Translations under genes and position numbers: made by a program
The notes under the pieces: generated by a model
Databases searched by the model: none
Told to the model about the DNA's origin: nothing
The model's input: the letters and a program-made list of their open reading frames with translations, nothing else
Assembly (NCBI GenBank): GCA_002778785.1
Contig: PEZS01000001.1
Coordinates: 124,232 to 188,231, forward strand
Reading direction: 5' to 3'
Source: Bdellovibrionales bacterium CG10_big_fil_rev_8_21_14_0_10_45_34
GTDB lineage: Bacteria; Bdellovibrionota; Bdellovibrionia; Bdellovibrionales; 1-14-0-10-45-34
DNA: 64,000 bases
In this document: one piece after another, positions 17,902-27,413 of the stretch
How the letters are laid out: each line of letters opens with the position of its first letter
How positions within the stretch are numbered: the first letter of the stretch is position 1

Positions 17902-18181
17902 TTAGTGTATAGTTCGTGGCGATACAAGACAGCATTTTTATCTATTTTAACTATTCATAAATCTTTCGTATTATAGTTCATGTGGTGGTAGGGAGCTAAT
18001 CACCTAACCTACGGAGGTTAAAATGCTGACTTCAAAACGAGCGACCTTACAGCCACTACTTGAATCTGAGAAAGGCATCCACCTTACTGTGTTTATCTCT
18101 GTTTTTGGTCCTTGGGCTTTAGCTATTTGATAAGTTCAAACTAGAGCGAACGGTCCGTCACTTAAGAGCAAATGGAGATTT

Positions 18182-19630
18182 TTGCCCATGAAAATAAAAA
18201 CTGCACTTACAGTTTTCACAGCGCTCATTCTGGCGGTATTCGCCGGTATGGCAATTTTGTTGATAAGTACTTCAGATCTGCTTGTGCTAGAGGCAGCGAA
18301 CCTTGCGCGCGCGGGAGAAAGCATTCGGGTATCAAAAGAAATTAAGAGTCATCTGTTGATCTACAATAGAAACGTTTTTCTTTACGCGCTCCACAAAGAC
18401 CCCTCCCGACTGGAGATTAGCAAAGTACACCAAACCGCATTAGTTAACCTTATGGTGAGCTCAGACCAACTTGTAGATAACGAAAAAGAATCTGTGATGC
18501 TGAAAGAGGTAAAGGAAAAAATAGCCGATTATTTCAGAGCAAAAGATGAGAGTCAAAATTCCGATTTATCACCGGTCGAAAAATATAGTAAAATTAGTGA
18601 AAAAGTAGATTCTGCCATCTCTGCTATCGACAATATAATTGAGATCAATGCTTCACAAATGCGGGACCTGGTAGCCAGCACTAGTAAGCAAAATATAGCG
18701 TCGGGGCGTATGGTGTTCATGCTGCTTACCATTGGTAGTTTGATTCTTCTTAGCCTCGTTATTGCCACCGTCTCCGCTGTAACTCGACCTCTGGTAAACT
18801 TGAACAAACTTTTTTCGCATTATCGTACTGGGAATGACAGTGTGCTTGCCAAATCCAAAGGCGTTAAGGAGATTCGGGAGATCGCCAACGCCTTTAATTC
18901 TATGACCGAGCGCTTAGAAAAAAGTCGCACCGACCAACTTCGTTTTATTGCCTCGATCGCTCATGATCTTCGTAACCCAATTAACGCAATGTCTATGGGT
19001 TCCCATTTACTTAGGGGCTTGTGCCAAGGAAAAGAACGAGGAGTTGCTGAAATCATCTTCCGCCAAGCAAAACACTTAGATCGCCTTGTTGGTGACCTGC
19101 TTGATACTGCCCGCATTGAGGCCGGGGAAATGGATATTGAGCTTTCCTTACAGGATATAAGTTCTTTGATCAGTGACGCAGTTGAACTATACCAAACGGA
19201 TTCTGGTCTACATAAAATCTATTTTGAAATGCCGAAAAACCCACTTATTTGCATGTGTGACCGAGGGCGCCTGTCTCAGGTAATGAACAATCTCATTTCT
19301 AACGCAATTAAGTACTCACCTAAGGGTGGAACTGTGACTATAAAAGTGCGGGAAGAGAAAACTCAGTTTGTGTTATCAATTACAGATCAAGGAATGGGGG
19401 TATGCCCAGATGATCTCAAAAACATTTTTAAACCGTTTCATAGGTCTAAAGCATCTAAGCATACTATTTTAGGTATTGGTTTGGGACTATCTACCAGCCG
19501 GCGAATCATCGAATTACACGGAGGCGAGCTAAGGGTTGAAAGTACTCTAGGCAAGGGATCCACTTTCTACGTTATCCTTCCCGCTCAAATCTCCCAGTCA
19601 GAAGGAACAAATTGGAGCGCGGGCGTTTAA
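18182..19630 (+). CDS. Sensor histidine kinase (TM-HAMP-HisKA-HATPase_c)
   Basis: H-box FIASIAHDLRNPINAM, N-box NLISNAIKYSP, G1 DQGMGV, G2 GIGLGLS. There are two TM segments. No cognate response regulator gene is adjacent. Confidence 0.9.
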   Translation: MPMKIKTALTVFTALILAVFAGMAILLISTSDLLVLEAANLARAGESIRVSKEIKSHLLIYNRNVFLYALHKDPSRLEISKVHQTALVNLMVSSDQLVDNEKESVMLKEVKEKIADYFRAKDESQNSDLSPVEKYSKISEKVDSAISAIDNIIEINASQMRDLVASTSKQNIASGRMVFMLLTIGSLILLSLVIATVSAVTRPLVNLNKLFSHYRTGNDSVLAKSKGVKEIREIANAFNSMTERLEKSRTDQLRFIASIAHDLRNPINAMSMGSHLLRGLCQGKERGVAEIIFRQAKHLDRLVGDLLDTARIEAGEMDIELSLQDISSLISDAVELYQTDSGLHKIYFEMPKNPLICMCDRGRLSQVMNNLISNAIKYSPKGGTVTIKVREEKTQFVLSITDQGMGVCPDDLKNIFKPFHRSKASKHTILGIGLGLSTSRRIIELHGGELRVESTLGKGSTFYVILPAQISQSEGTNWSAGV

Positions 19631-19765
19631 TTGGAGTCGATTCATCTAGATTGCATTGATGGCCGGCTGACGTTGTTTTCTCTTTCGACCGTACTACACT
19701 TCTTTGCATAAATGGAATGCTTGCAGGCGCTTGAACAATTCCAAGTAAGAATGTCTGAAACCAGT

Positions 19766-20392
19766 TCAAAAAAATCCCTTTGTCTCAAGAAAATTAAATC
19801 CGGAGCCCGCTCCAAATGCAAGTATTCCGAAATAAATAAAACATATTGCTGTCTGCACATACGATAAAATAACGAAAAGCCCATCATCCTCAAGATGAGC
19901 CAGCGCTTGAAATGCAATCATCCACGCGGGCAGCGCATTGGAGAGCGGAATTGGTAGAGGCAACGCAAGCAGAATAGCATTTATGATCAAGAGTGCCGCA
20001 CTAATTGTCCGAAATGGTCCCTTAAACAAGAACCTCCATCGAGGATGAAGAACTGGAGTCAACTTCTCGAAAACCCTCTCAGAACTTTCCGCAATTCGAC
20101 ACACGGTGCGTGCGGAAATTTTCCTGTGAGCCCATCTCTTTGGTAGCCACGGCGATTTCTTCAAATAAGCGAGAACGGTCACCGCCGCAATTAAGAAACC
20201 AAAAGGCGTAGAGAGCCCGGGCAGTGGAATTGGTTGAAGGAAGGGGATGGTTAAGAAAGTAATCAAAACGTAATGACCGTCAGGGCCAAACACCTCAAAG
20301 ATCTCTTTAAGGGTGGGATCTTTCGTCGTACACATTGCTTCGATCTCATCAAGATGATCGAGAAGAGGTCCGCGTACGTTATTCCTTCCCAT
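19766..20392 (-). CDS. ExoD (exopolysaccharide synthesis) family membrane protein
   Basis: 208 aa. FGPDGHYVLITFLTIPFLQPIPLPGLSTPFGFLIA is the typical ExoD N-terminal region. Confidence 0.7.
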   Translation of the reverse strand: MGRNNVRGPLLDHLDEIEAMCTTKDPTLKEIFEVFGPDGHYVLITFLTIPFLQPIPLPGLSTPFGFLIAAVTVLAYLKKSPWLPKRWAHRKISARTVCRIAESSERVFEKLTPVLHPRWRFLFKGPFRTISAALLIINAILLALPLPIPLSNALPAWMIAFQALAHLEDDGLFVILSYVQTAICFIYFGILAFGAGSGFNFLETKGFF

Positions 20393-20559
20393 TCAAAGTC
20401 CCTTCACGGTGCTGTGGATTTCCTGTCGAGACATCCTTGCCACCGGGTAAATTCAATCTCTTTGAGATGGATTCGGATAGCCCAAATACTTCTCGCTAAG
20501 CCGGGCATTTTGCCTCCAGTTCACCACTAAATATCGACCGAATCCAGCTATAAACAAAC

Positions 20560-21987
20560 ATGTTCTCTTATAAAAGGCCAGAACAGCCACTTCGACAGAG
20601 CCAGATGAAACTTCTGTTTCAAAGAACACTTGGACTGACAGTTGCAGCAACCGGGCATATGAATAGAACTGGGCCTTTAATTCGGGTTTTTATCTTTGCA
20701 GTTTTTTGCTCGGTGGCATTGGCTGAAGAACCACCGTCGCCTGCGGACTCTGACCCGCAGCCGATAGCTGTTGAAGAGGTCATTTCTGACAAGAAGATTC
20801 AACGTCGTCTAGCGGACATACTTGCCGCTGTTGGTTCCTATGAGGAGGTGACAATCACGGTGGTCTCGGGCGTCGCTATTTTATCGGGTCTTGTAGAGGA
20901 AGAACGGCAGATCGAGTGGGCTAAAGACTTAGCTGGGCGCATGGATGGAGTAGTAGCTGTGCAGAATCAAATCACCAGCCGCCCAAAGGGGATATTAGAC
21001 CTTGCACCCGCTCGTGAGGAGATTGAGGGATTCAGTGCGGCCTTCATGCGTCGCCTTCCGACCATTGTATTGTCTCTAACTGTGCTGGCGATTGCTATGC
21101 TGTTGTTCTTTCTGGCGTCTTTTGGATTCCGTCGAACGCTCTCGAAAAGAATTACTAGTCCGCTGCTGTTGAACGCAACAGCAAAAGTGCTTGCAGTGCC
21201 AGTATTCTTTTTAGGACTTTATCTAGCTTTGAAAATTTCTGGCTTGGCAGGTTTGGCTTTCACAGTTTTGGGCGGTACGGGACTTTTGGGTCTCGCGCTA
21301 GGCTTGGGCCTAAAAAACAGCGTTGAAGACTACGTGGCAAGCATTCTTCTGAGTATCAAAAAACCTTTTCGTCCAAGTGATTGGGTCAGTATCGGCGAGT
21401 ACGAAGGGATTGTTCAAAAGGTGACCTCGCGCTCGACTTTGATTATTGATTTCGCAGGCAATCACGTACTGATGCCAAACAGTTTGGTTTACAGGAGCAC
21501 AATTTTAAACAGAACAGCGAATGCGAAAATGCGTTGTGATTTCGTGTTTGGCCTCGATTTTTGTGATTCGATAGAGGCCGCACAAGAAGCTGTCTTGGAG
21601 TTATTGGCCGAGAGCCCGTTCGTGCTAAAGGATCCGGAACCCTGGGTTTTGGTAGATGAGCTAGGCGGTTCTGCGATCAACTTACGGGTTTACTACTGGC
21701 TCAATGTTCGTGAAGTCAGCACTTTTAAGGTCACAAGCCATTTGCAGCTAGAGGTTAAGAATCGTCTTCTCGCAGAGGGCTTTCACTTTCCGGATGCGCA
21801 GAGAGAAATCGTATTTACCAACCAGTTACCCATTAGACGCGATTCGACTCCGCAGAAAGGACCAGGCATCAAAGCGGTGCTGGGGGGTAAGGCCCCTCGC
21901 CTTGATGAAGTACGCGCAGAGGTTTCAGAACTCAATCGCCAGGCACGCGAGTCTGATTTGCCAGATCAAGGTGAGAATGTCCTCTGA
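20560..21987 (+). CDS. MscS-family mechanosensitive channel with N-terminal periplasmic BON domain
   Basis: BON-like VTITVVSGVAILSGLVEEERQIEWAKDLAGRMDGVVAVQNQI, then TM helices, then the MscS beta-domain GEYEGIVQKVTSRSTLIIDFAGNHVLMPNSLVYRSTILN. The likelier start is ATG 20659 (MNRTGPLIRVFIFAVFCSVALA, a signal peptide). Confidence 0.85.
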   Translation: MFSYKRPEQPLRQSQMKLLFQRTLGLTVAATGHMNRTGPLIRVFIFAVFCSVALAEEPPSPADSDPQPIAVEEVISDKKIQRRLADILAAVGSYEEVTITVVSGVAILSGLVEEERQIEWAKDLAGRMDGVVAVQNQITSRPKGILDLAPAREEIEGFSAAFMRRLPTIVLSLTVLAIAMLLFFLASFGFRRTLSKRITSPLLLNATAKVLAVPVFFLGLYLALKISGLAGLAFTVLGGTGLLGLALGLGLKNSVEDYVASILLSIKKPFRPSDWVSIGEYEGIVQKVTSRSTLIIDFAGNHVLMPNSLVYRSTILNRTANAKMRCDFVFGLDFCDSIEAAQEAVLELLAESPFVLKDPEPWVLVDELGGSAINLRVYYWLNVREVSTFKVTSHLQLEVKNRLLAEGFHFPDAQREIVFTNQLPIRRDSTPQKGPGIKAVLGGKAPRLDEVRAEVSELNRQARESDLPDQGENVL

Positions 21988-22039
21988 GCCAAGACATATA
22001 CACGGCGAATATGACGGAACTAAATTAAACAGTAGAAAG

Positions 22040-23566
22040 TTATGTTAACTGTTCGGTTGTTTCTAACAGATGAAGCGTTTGGTCTACAACTTCACGAATG
22101 CTAAATGGCTTCTCAAATACAAGAGGCTTTCCAAGTTTCGCGATTTCAATTTTAATACCCGAGTCGACAAACCCTGAGATAAATACGAAGCGCGGTGAGG
22201 CCTTCGAAGCCAATCGAACTTTTTCAGCAAGCTCAATTCCGCTGAGGTGATCCATATGTATGTCGCAAATCACAGCATCATAGTCGAAGTGTTGAAGATG
22301 CGCCAATGCGACTTCGGGATTGGTCTCAGTTTTCGCAACGTGACCTCGCCTTGCAATTTCCTCTTGAAAGAGCTCACCAATGCTCATTTCGTCATCTATA
22401 ACAAAAATATCAAAATGCGTTTTTGCTTTTGATCGCTTAAGCGGAAGTCGCACTATGTACTGCATATTGGGAGTGTCGCTATCTAACAAAAGGTCGCCGC
22501 CGTTTAGCTGTAGAATCTCCTTCGAAACTTCTACTCCCACGCCGGCCTCGTTAGATTTTTCGTTGGAATCCGCAAAGATTTCTTCTCTGTTCGTTTTCTC
22601 GAGGTAGAGATTACTTTTACTGCTATAGGAGATAATGAGATTCAAACATTCGTCGTTAATTTCTTTTGCAGAAATTTTAATCCATCGCTCTTCATGGCGT
22701 TCGAGAGCGTGGCAAGATTTCAGTAGGAGATTCACAATAGCCTGTGAGATCTCTACAGCCTCACACTCAACAAATATGTCACGATCAATCTCATGATATA
22801 TCTCAATGTTGTTTTCTGAAATAGAGTCCCTGCATTGCTCAACAGCTCTCGCGACGAGCTCAGAGAGGCTGGTGTTATGAAGTGGTCGGCGCGAAGAAAA
22901 TGCGTGTCTTTCTCGAGCGCGGGCGCCTGCGGACTCAATCCGAGAAGTCATTTGTAGAATGCCATCAGCTCCTGAGGTAACCTTATCTCGGTTTACGATT
23001 TTTGCCTGAGCTGCTGTCTGGACGGCAATTGCATATCCCTGTATGGAAGAAAGTGGGTCATCGATTTCCTGTATTAGTTTGTTCGTGGCATAATTCAAAG
23101 CTGCGAGTCGAGACGTGGCGACTTCTTGCCTCAGCTTTCGGCTAGCAAAGAGCATTTTTCGGCTACACTCGACTGAATAACGGATCGAACGCTCTAGAAC
23201 CTGCGGGTAGTGGTTGTCTTTCACCAAATAGTCGCTGGCTCCGCACTCCATAACTAAACAGTCAAGAGAGAGGTTCTCTTCTTCAGCGATTACAATGACA
23301 GGTAGACTGGAGCTTCTTGCGCGCAAGTCTTTCAAAATATCTATGCAGCTTCTATTCAGCCATGAGGTACTTAAAAGCAGAATATCGCGTGGCAATCCAT
23401 CTCCGCTAGCGAATGCAACGAGCTCCTCGAAAGACTTCAATTTAACGAGTTCGTAGTGTATGCCCTGTATAGAGTTTAAGGCCCGCTCAGTTATGTGTGC
23501 GCTCGCTTCGTCGTCAGCTAACAGAGCTCTGTATTTCATAATAGAAGCGGTCTCTGATTTTATCAT
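22040..23566 (-). CDS. Hybrid two-component protein: pseudo-receiver, degenerate HisKA/HATPase core and canonical C-terminal receiver
   Basis: In the N-terminal REC-like domain the acceptor Asp is replaced (DILLLSTSW). The H-box position reads LIQEIDDPLSSIQGY (Gln for His). No DxGxG G1 box is present (IISYSSKSN). The C-terminal REC is intact (FVIDDE...AVICDIHM...FISGF...FEKPF). The likely start is ATG 23539. Confidence 0.8.
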   Translation of the reverse strand: MIKSETASIMKYRALLADDEASAHITERALNSIQGIHYELVKLKSFEELVAFASGDGLPRDILLLSTSWLNRSCIDILKDLRARSSSLPVIVIAEEENLSLDCLVMECGASDYLVKDNHYPQVLERSIRYSVECSRKMLFASRKLRQEVATSRLAALNYATNKLIQEIDDPLSSIQGYAIAVQTAAQAKIVNRDKVTSGADGILQMTSRIESAGARARERHAFSSRRPLHNTSLSELVARAVEQCRDSISENNIEIYHEIDRDIFVECEAVEISQAIVNLLLKSCHALERHEERWIKISAKEINDECLNLIISYSSKSNLYLEKTNREEIFADSNEKSNEAGVGVEVSKEILQLNGGDLLLDSDTPNMQYIVRLPLKRSKAKTHFDIFVIDDEMSIGELFQEEIARRGHVAKTETNPEVALAHLQHFDYDAVICDIHMDHLSGIELAEKVRLASKASPRFVFISGFVDSGIKIEIAKLGKPLVFEKPFSIREVVDQTLHLLETTEQLT

Positions 23567-23591
23567 GCGGCATTAGACTAACAGGTTTGAG

Positions 23592-23616
23592 AAAAAATCC
23601 AATTTGTTTAAATTGG
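23592..23616 (-). terminator. Possible Rho-independent terminator after the VWA-lipoprotein gene
   Basis: The minus strand reads CCAATTT-AAAC-AAATTGG followed by ATTTTTT. The stem is AT-rich and therefore weak. Confidence 0.3.
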
Positions 23617-23761
23617 GCTCGAAGGAATTGTGAAGGAATATCGCCATTGCTAAAAAGTTTTACAATTTTCGGCAAAATGGTTACGCCTTCAAGGTAGCGA
23701 ACTCCCAGCCTAGGATATTCATTCGGAGTGCATCCAAACCCTGAAAGTATAGCAACCTCGT

Positions 23762-24790
23762 CTATTTGGCCGCTAAGGGGTCAAAGTTAACCTTTATGAT
23801 TGAATCTTGTGCGGGAATATAGCTTCCGTGAAAAACTATGCTATTTGACTCCGAACTATACGACCAACCATTTAGTAGGTCTCTTGGAACTGGGGTGCCG
23901 TCTACCGCTACAACGATAGATTCCTGTCGGGGCTCTCGACTTAAGTAAAACTGTGTAGAAAGTTCTGCAATGCGATTTTGAATCGCATTGAGCGTTGACG
24001 AAAAGTCATCGCATATAGAACCCAAGATTCCGCCGGTTGCATCGATCATTTCTTTGTACCGGATACCGAGGTATCCGTACTCGTTGGCGCCAAGGCATGA
24101 TTCATCAAATATCGCCATAGCGGATACACTAAACCTTCTTATCGACGGAGTGCTGCCGGTCAAGTCTGAGAGGAAAGAAACATATTGGCTTATGCTATGC
24201 AAATTGGGATTGTCGTATTCTGCTACCGCCTCCGAGGAGTCATGTGAAAAGTCGTCTTCATCACTGACAATAATGATGGCTAAAAAGGAGTTCTCGCGAA
24301 CGAAACCACTATTGAGGTCACTAGATAATGAGTAATGCATGCTCTGAAAGGCTCTTTCATCCCCAGAGCCCATAGCACCTTGTAGGACATTATCTTGAAA
24401 GATCTCAATGGCATTTTCGAACAGAGGTGTAATTACGGAAACTGCGGGGCTTGTGGTACCGTCTTTACCCCGGAATCTTGCAGTGTCGGGATTACCCAGA
24501 AATGCACCTTTGTAGCTGTCAGTTGGCACAACTGCCAATTGAAAGTCGTACTTTTTCAATACAAACGATGAAATAAAAGACTTAAAGTTGTTCGCGAGGT
24601 TCTGTTGATCGTCTCCCATAGAACTTGAATTGTCGACAACCCATAAGATATCAAGTTTGTTTGAGACGGCTGTTGCTGACTGTCGAAACGTATTCTGCTC
24701 GGGAGCTAAAGCGTACTGTGCCCCAAACTTTGAACATGAAACCAACAAAGTGTTTAAGAGGATCAGCACCGAAAATCTGAGCCAGTTCAT
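23762..24790 (-). CDS. Lipoprotein with VWA-like domain
   Basis: Lipobox LLVSC after MNWLRFSVLILLNT, and a MIDAS-like DILWVVDNSSSMGDDQ motif. Confidence 0.6.
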   Translation of the reverse strand: MNWLRFSVLILLNTLLVSCSKFGAQYALAPEQNTFRQSATAVSNKLDILWVVDNSSSMGDDQQNLANNFKSFISSFVLKKYDFQLAVVPTDSYKGAFLGNPDTARFRGKDGTTSPAVSVITPLFENAIEIFQDNVLQGAMGSGDERAFQSMHYSLSSDLNSGFVRENSFLAIIIVSDEDDFSHDSSEAVAEYDNPNLHSISQYVSFLSDLTGSTPSIRRFSVSAMAIFDESCLGANEYGYLGIRYKEMIDATGGILGSICDDFSSTLNAIQNRIAELSTQFYLSREPRQESIVVAVDGTPVPRDLLNGWSYSSESNSIVFHGSYIPAQDSIIKVNFDPLAAK

Positions 24791-25217
24791 CGCTTAAGAT
24801 CCAAATAATTTAGAAGTTTTATTGAATGAACGTGCAAAAGTTTAGGCAGTACGTCACTCATCGACGTTTGGCGAGTAATCTTTAGAGGCAGTCTAAAATT
24901 GGGTCAGGACTTCTGATGTTAAAAGTTCCCGCAACAAGGCTCGTGTTGGAGCAACGATAATTAGTAGCATCTATTTTGCATAGCCGTCTCTATGAAGAAA
25001 AAGTGCCTGTCAACGGAGCTTACAGTTTTAAGCAACTTTACTGTGAAGCTCTTTGACACTTTTGGAATTGGGGCAAAAAAACCCATTCGGGTCTAGAGTC
25101 TGCCCCTTGCTTCAATTAGTATGGCAGGCTTTTTGATGTTAAGTGGTCAGTTCACTCTCTATTTACGTTCTGACAGGCTGCCAACTCCGATGGCAGAAGA
25201 ATCTGTGGTGGTAGTTA

Positions 25218-27365
25218 ATGCATTTTGAATCAAAAATTAGACCCGGCAAGAACTGCTGGAAACAGGGCATGGCTACGCATGCAAAAATTCTTATAGACTG
25301 CGAAGCTTTTTACGAATCACTGCATGAAGCAATCTGTCGTGCAAAGAAGAGCATTATTATTGTTGGCTGGGATATCGACAGGAGAGTGAGACTGATACGA
25401 GGTCGCAAAGAGTTCGAAAGCCCCTATCCTTCAGTTTTAGGTGAGTTGCTCGCTCACAAAGCTCGTGAGAATGCGAGCATGCTTATCTATCTGCTTAGGT
25501 GGGACTCTTCAATCATGTTTTCTTTTCAGCGGGAGATCGCAGCTCAACATTTGTGGGAGATCTCCACTCCGGAAAACGTTCACATTTGCGCAGACGACTG
25601 TATTCCTATTGGGGGTGCCCACCACCAAAAGATCATCATTATTGACAATACACTAGCCTTCTCAGGTGGCGGCGATGTAGCAGCGGGTCGTTGGGATTCC
25701 CAAGAACACAAAATCATTGAGCCAGAGAGGCACGACGAGCGCGGCAACTACGGGCCGTTTCATGACGTTCAAATTATGCTAGAAGGGCCGATAGTCGGCG
25801 ATTTGACAAAGATCGCCTGTGAACGCTGGGTGAGAGCCGCCGGTTACGAAATAAAGACGGACCAACTAAAACCAGATGAGCAGCAACATATCTCGATGGT
25901 CGACTTTTGTACTCCAGACTTTAAAGACGTGCCTGTAGCGATAGCAAGGACATCACCTGCTATCGGAGATGCGAAACGCATTGAAGAAATACTTCATATG
26001 TATCTCGATCTAATCACTTCTGCTGAAGAATTTTTGTACTTAGAAAACCAGTATTTGACCTCAAAGGACATTGCACGGCAGTTGAACCAGCAGCTGAGAA
26101 ACAAGCGGAACCTCAGAGCAGCTATTGTCAGTTCGTTTGAGCCTGAGGGTATGCTCGAAGGTGAAGCTCTATGGACTGCGCGTATTGAGTTCGAAAGGAT
26201 TCTCGAAGTTGGAATAAAAAAGGAACAAGTAATAATGTGTGCCCCCCTCTTTCACGTAAGTCGTGGGGAGAAGCCTTTCTATAAGCGGATTCACTCCAAA
26301 GTCATGGTAATTGATGACCAATATTTGTGTGTGAACTCATCTAATATTACCAATCGTTCTCTTCAGCTAGATACGGAGTGTGACATAGTGCTGATTGCTG
26401 ATAGCGATTCACACCGCATGGGTATTCGAAAAATTCGAAACGCCTTGATTGCAGAACACAGCGGAATCCCTGCCCAAAGAGTTCAGAAAATTATTGAGAA
26501 CGGGCACCGTTTGAGAAGACTCCTGAAAGCTAAACCATATGGACACTGGTCACTAGCAGTTCTAAAAGATCATCGCTATACCCATCAGAAGCTTGGGGGG
26601 TTCATGAATTTGATAGTAGACCCTAAGAGGCCATTTTTGCCTAGAAGACTCATGAAACGGTTGTCCTCAAGTGGCATGCTGCGAAATCCTTCAAGGCGCA
26701 AACTAGCTATCTTTGCAGGGTCGTTTTTAGTTGTGTTGATTATTCTTTTGGTATCATTAAGTAATGCACAGTGGTTTTCAAACACGACACTTATTAGTTT
26801 TCTCGAGGGAGCCCGAGAAATGCCAGCTTCCTTTCTTGTTGTATGCAGTCTCTACTTGATCGGAGGGCTTACTTTCTTTCCGATGACGATTCTTTCGTTA
26901 GCTACGACGGCCGTCTTTGGCGCTTTACGTGGGACCATCTACGCTATGGTGGGTGCCCTGCTGAGCGCGGCACTTCTTTTCGGTGTTGGTCATTACCTCG
27001 GATTGAGCAACATTCGAAAGTATTTTGGCGAACGCATCCGCAAGGCCACAATGAAACTAAAAAACAAAGGAGTGTTTGGGGTTGCCATGATTCGGCTTAC
27101 GCCCATAGCGCCGTATAGCCTTGTAAATTTAGCGGCAGGAATAGTTTCGATCAAATTTGTGGATTTTATGTTGGGCAGCTTTATGGGCCTTTTGCCGGGA
27201 TTAATCGCCAAAGGTTTGGTTGGAGATTCTCTTATGCAGGTGTTTATTAAACCCAACATTGAAGGAGTTGCGTACTTAATTTCTGGACTAGTTGTTTGGA
27301 TTCTTTTAGTCGTTTTTGCGAAAAGGTTGATCAACGCTAGAATGCACCGGTTAAGCAAGGTGTAA
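25218..27365 (+). CDS. Phospholipase D-superfamily (two HKD motifs) fused to a VTT/DedA (TVP38/TMEM64) membrane domain
   Basis: HKD1 is GGAHHQKIIIIDNTLAFSGGGD and HKD2 is RIHSKVMVIDDQYLCVNSSNITNRS. The C-terminal ~200 aa are polytopic with FFPMTILSLATTAVFGALRGTIYA and RLTPIAPYSLVNLAAGIVSI. Confidence 0.85.
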   Translation: MHFESKIRPGKNCWKQGMATHAKILIDCEAFYESLHEAICRAKKSIIIVGWDIDRRVRLIRGRKEFESPYPSVLGELLAHKARENASMLIYLLRWDSSIMFSFQREIAAQHLWEISTPENVHICADDCIPIGGAHHQKIIIIDNTLAFSGGGDVAAGRWDSQEHKIIEPERHDERGNYGPFHDVQIMLEGPIVGDLTKIACERWVRAAGYEIKTDQLKPDEQQHISMVDFCTPDFKDVPVAIARTSPAIGDAKRIEEILHMYLDLITSAEEFLYLENQYLTSKDIARQLNQQLRNKRNLRAAIVSSFEPEGMLEGEALWTARIEFERILEVGIKKEQVIMCAPLFHVSRGEKPFYKRIHSKVMVIDDQYLCVNSSNITNRSLQLDTECDIVLIADSDSHRMGIRKIRNALIAEHSGIPAQRVQKIIENGHRLRRLLKAKPYGHWSLAVLKDHRYTHQKLGGFMNLIVDPKRPFLPRRLMKRLSSSGMLRNPSRRKLAIFAGSFLVVLIILLVSLSNAQWFSNTTLISFLEGAREMPASFLVVCSLYLIGGLTFFPMTILSLATTAVFGALRGTIYAMVGALLSAALLFGVGHYLGLSNIRKYFGERIRKATMKLKNKGVFGVAMIRLTPIAPYSLVNLAAGIVSIKFVDFMLGSFMGLLPGLIAKGLVGDSLMQVFIKPNIEGVAYLISGLVVWILLVVFAKRLINARMHRLSKV

Positions 27366-27394
27366 ACAGGGAGCGAAACCATCTCAACACTTGT

Positions 27395-27413
27395 ATTGGG
27401 GCAATCTGCCCCA
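27395..27413 (+). terminator. Possible terminator hairpin after the PLD-VTT gene
   Basis: TTGGGGCA-ATC-TGCCCCAA, an 8-bp stem 30 nt after the stop. The downstream U-tract is poor (AATTGAT). Confidence 0.3.

Noticed and set aside
18023-18130. 35-aa ORF (MLTSKRATLQPLLESEKGIHLTVFISVFGPWALAI) with RBS GGAGG next to the IS remnant, considered as the truncated 5' end of a disrupted gene.
   Set aside because: It is too short and I cannot assign a family with any confidence. It is mentioned only as a possible relic.
26993-27382. Long ORFs antisense to or overlapping well-supported genes. Examples are 26993-27382 (129 aa), 1341-1748, 2813-3223, 33616-33975, 39519-39896, 40340-40720 and 49543-49896.
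   Set aside because: Each lies entirely within a gene that has clear family motifs on the other strand or frame. They have no motifs, RBS or sensible hydrophobicity pattern and are typical shadow ORFs.
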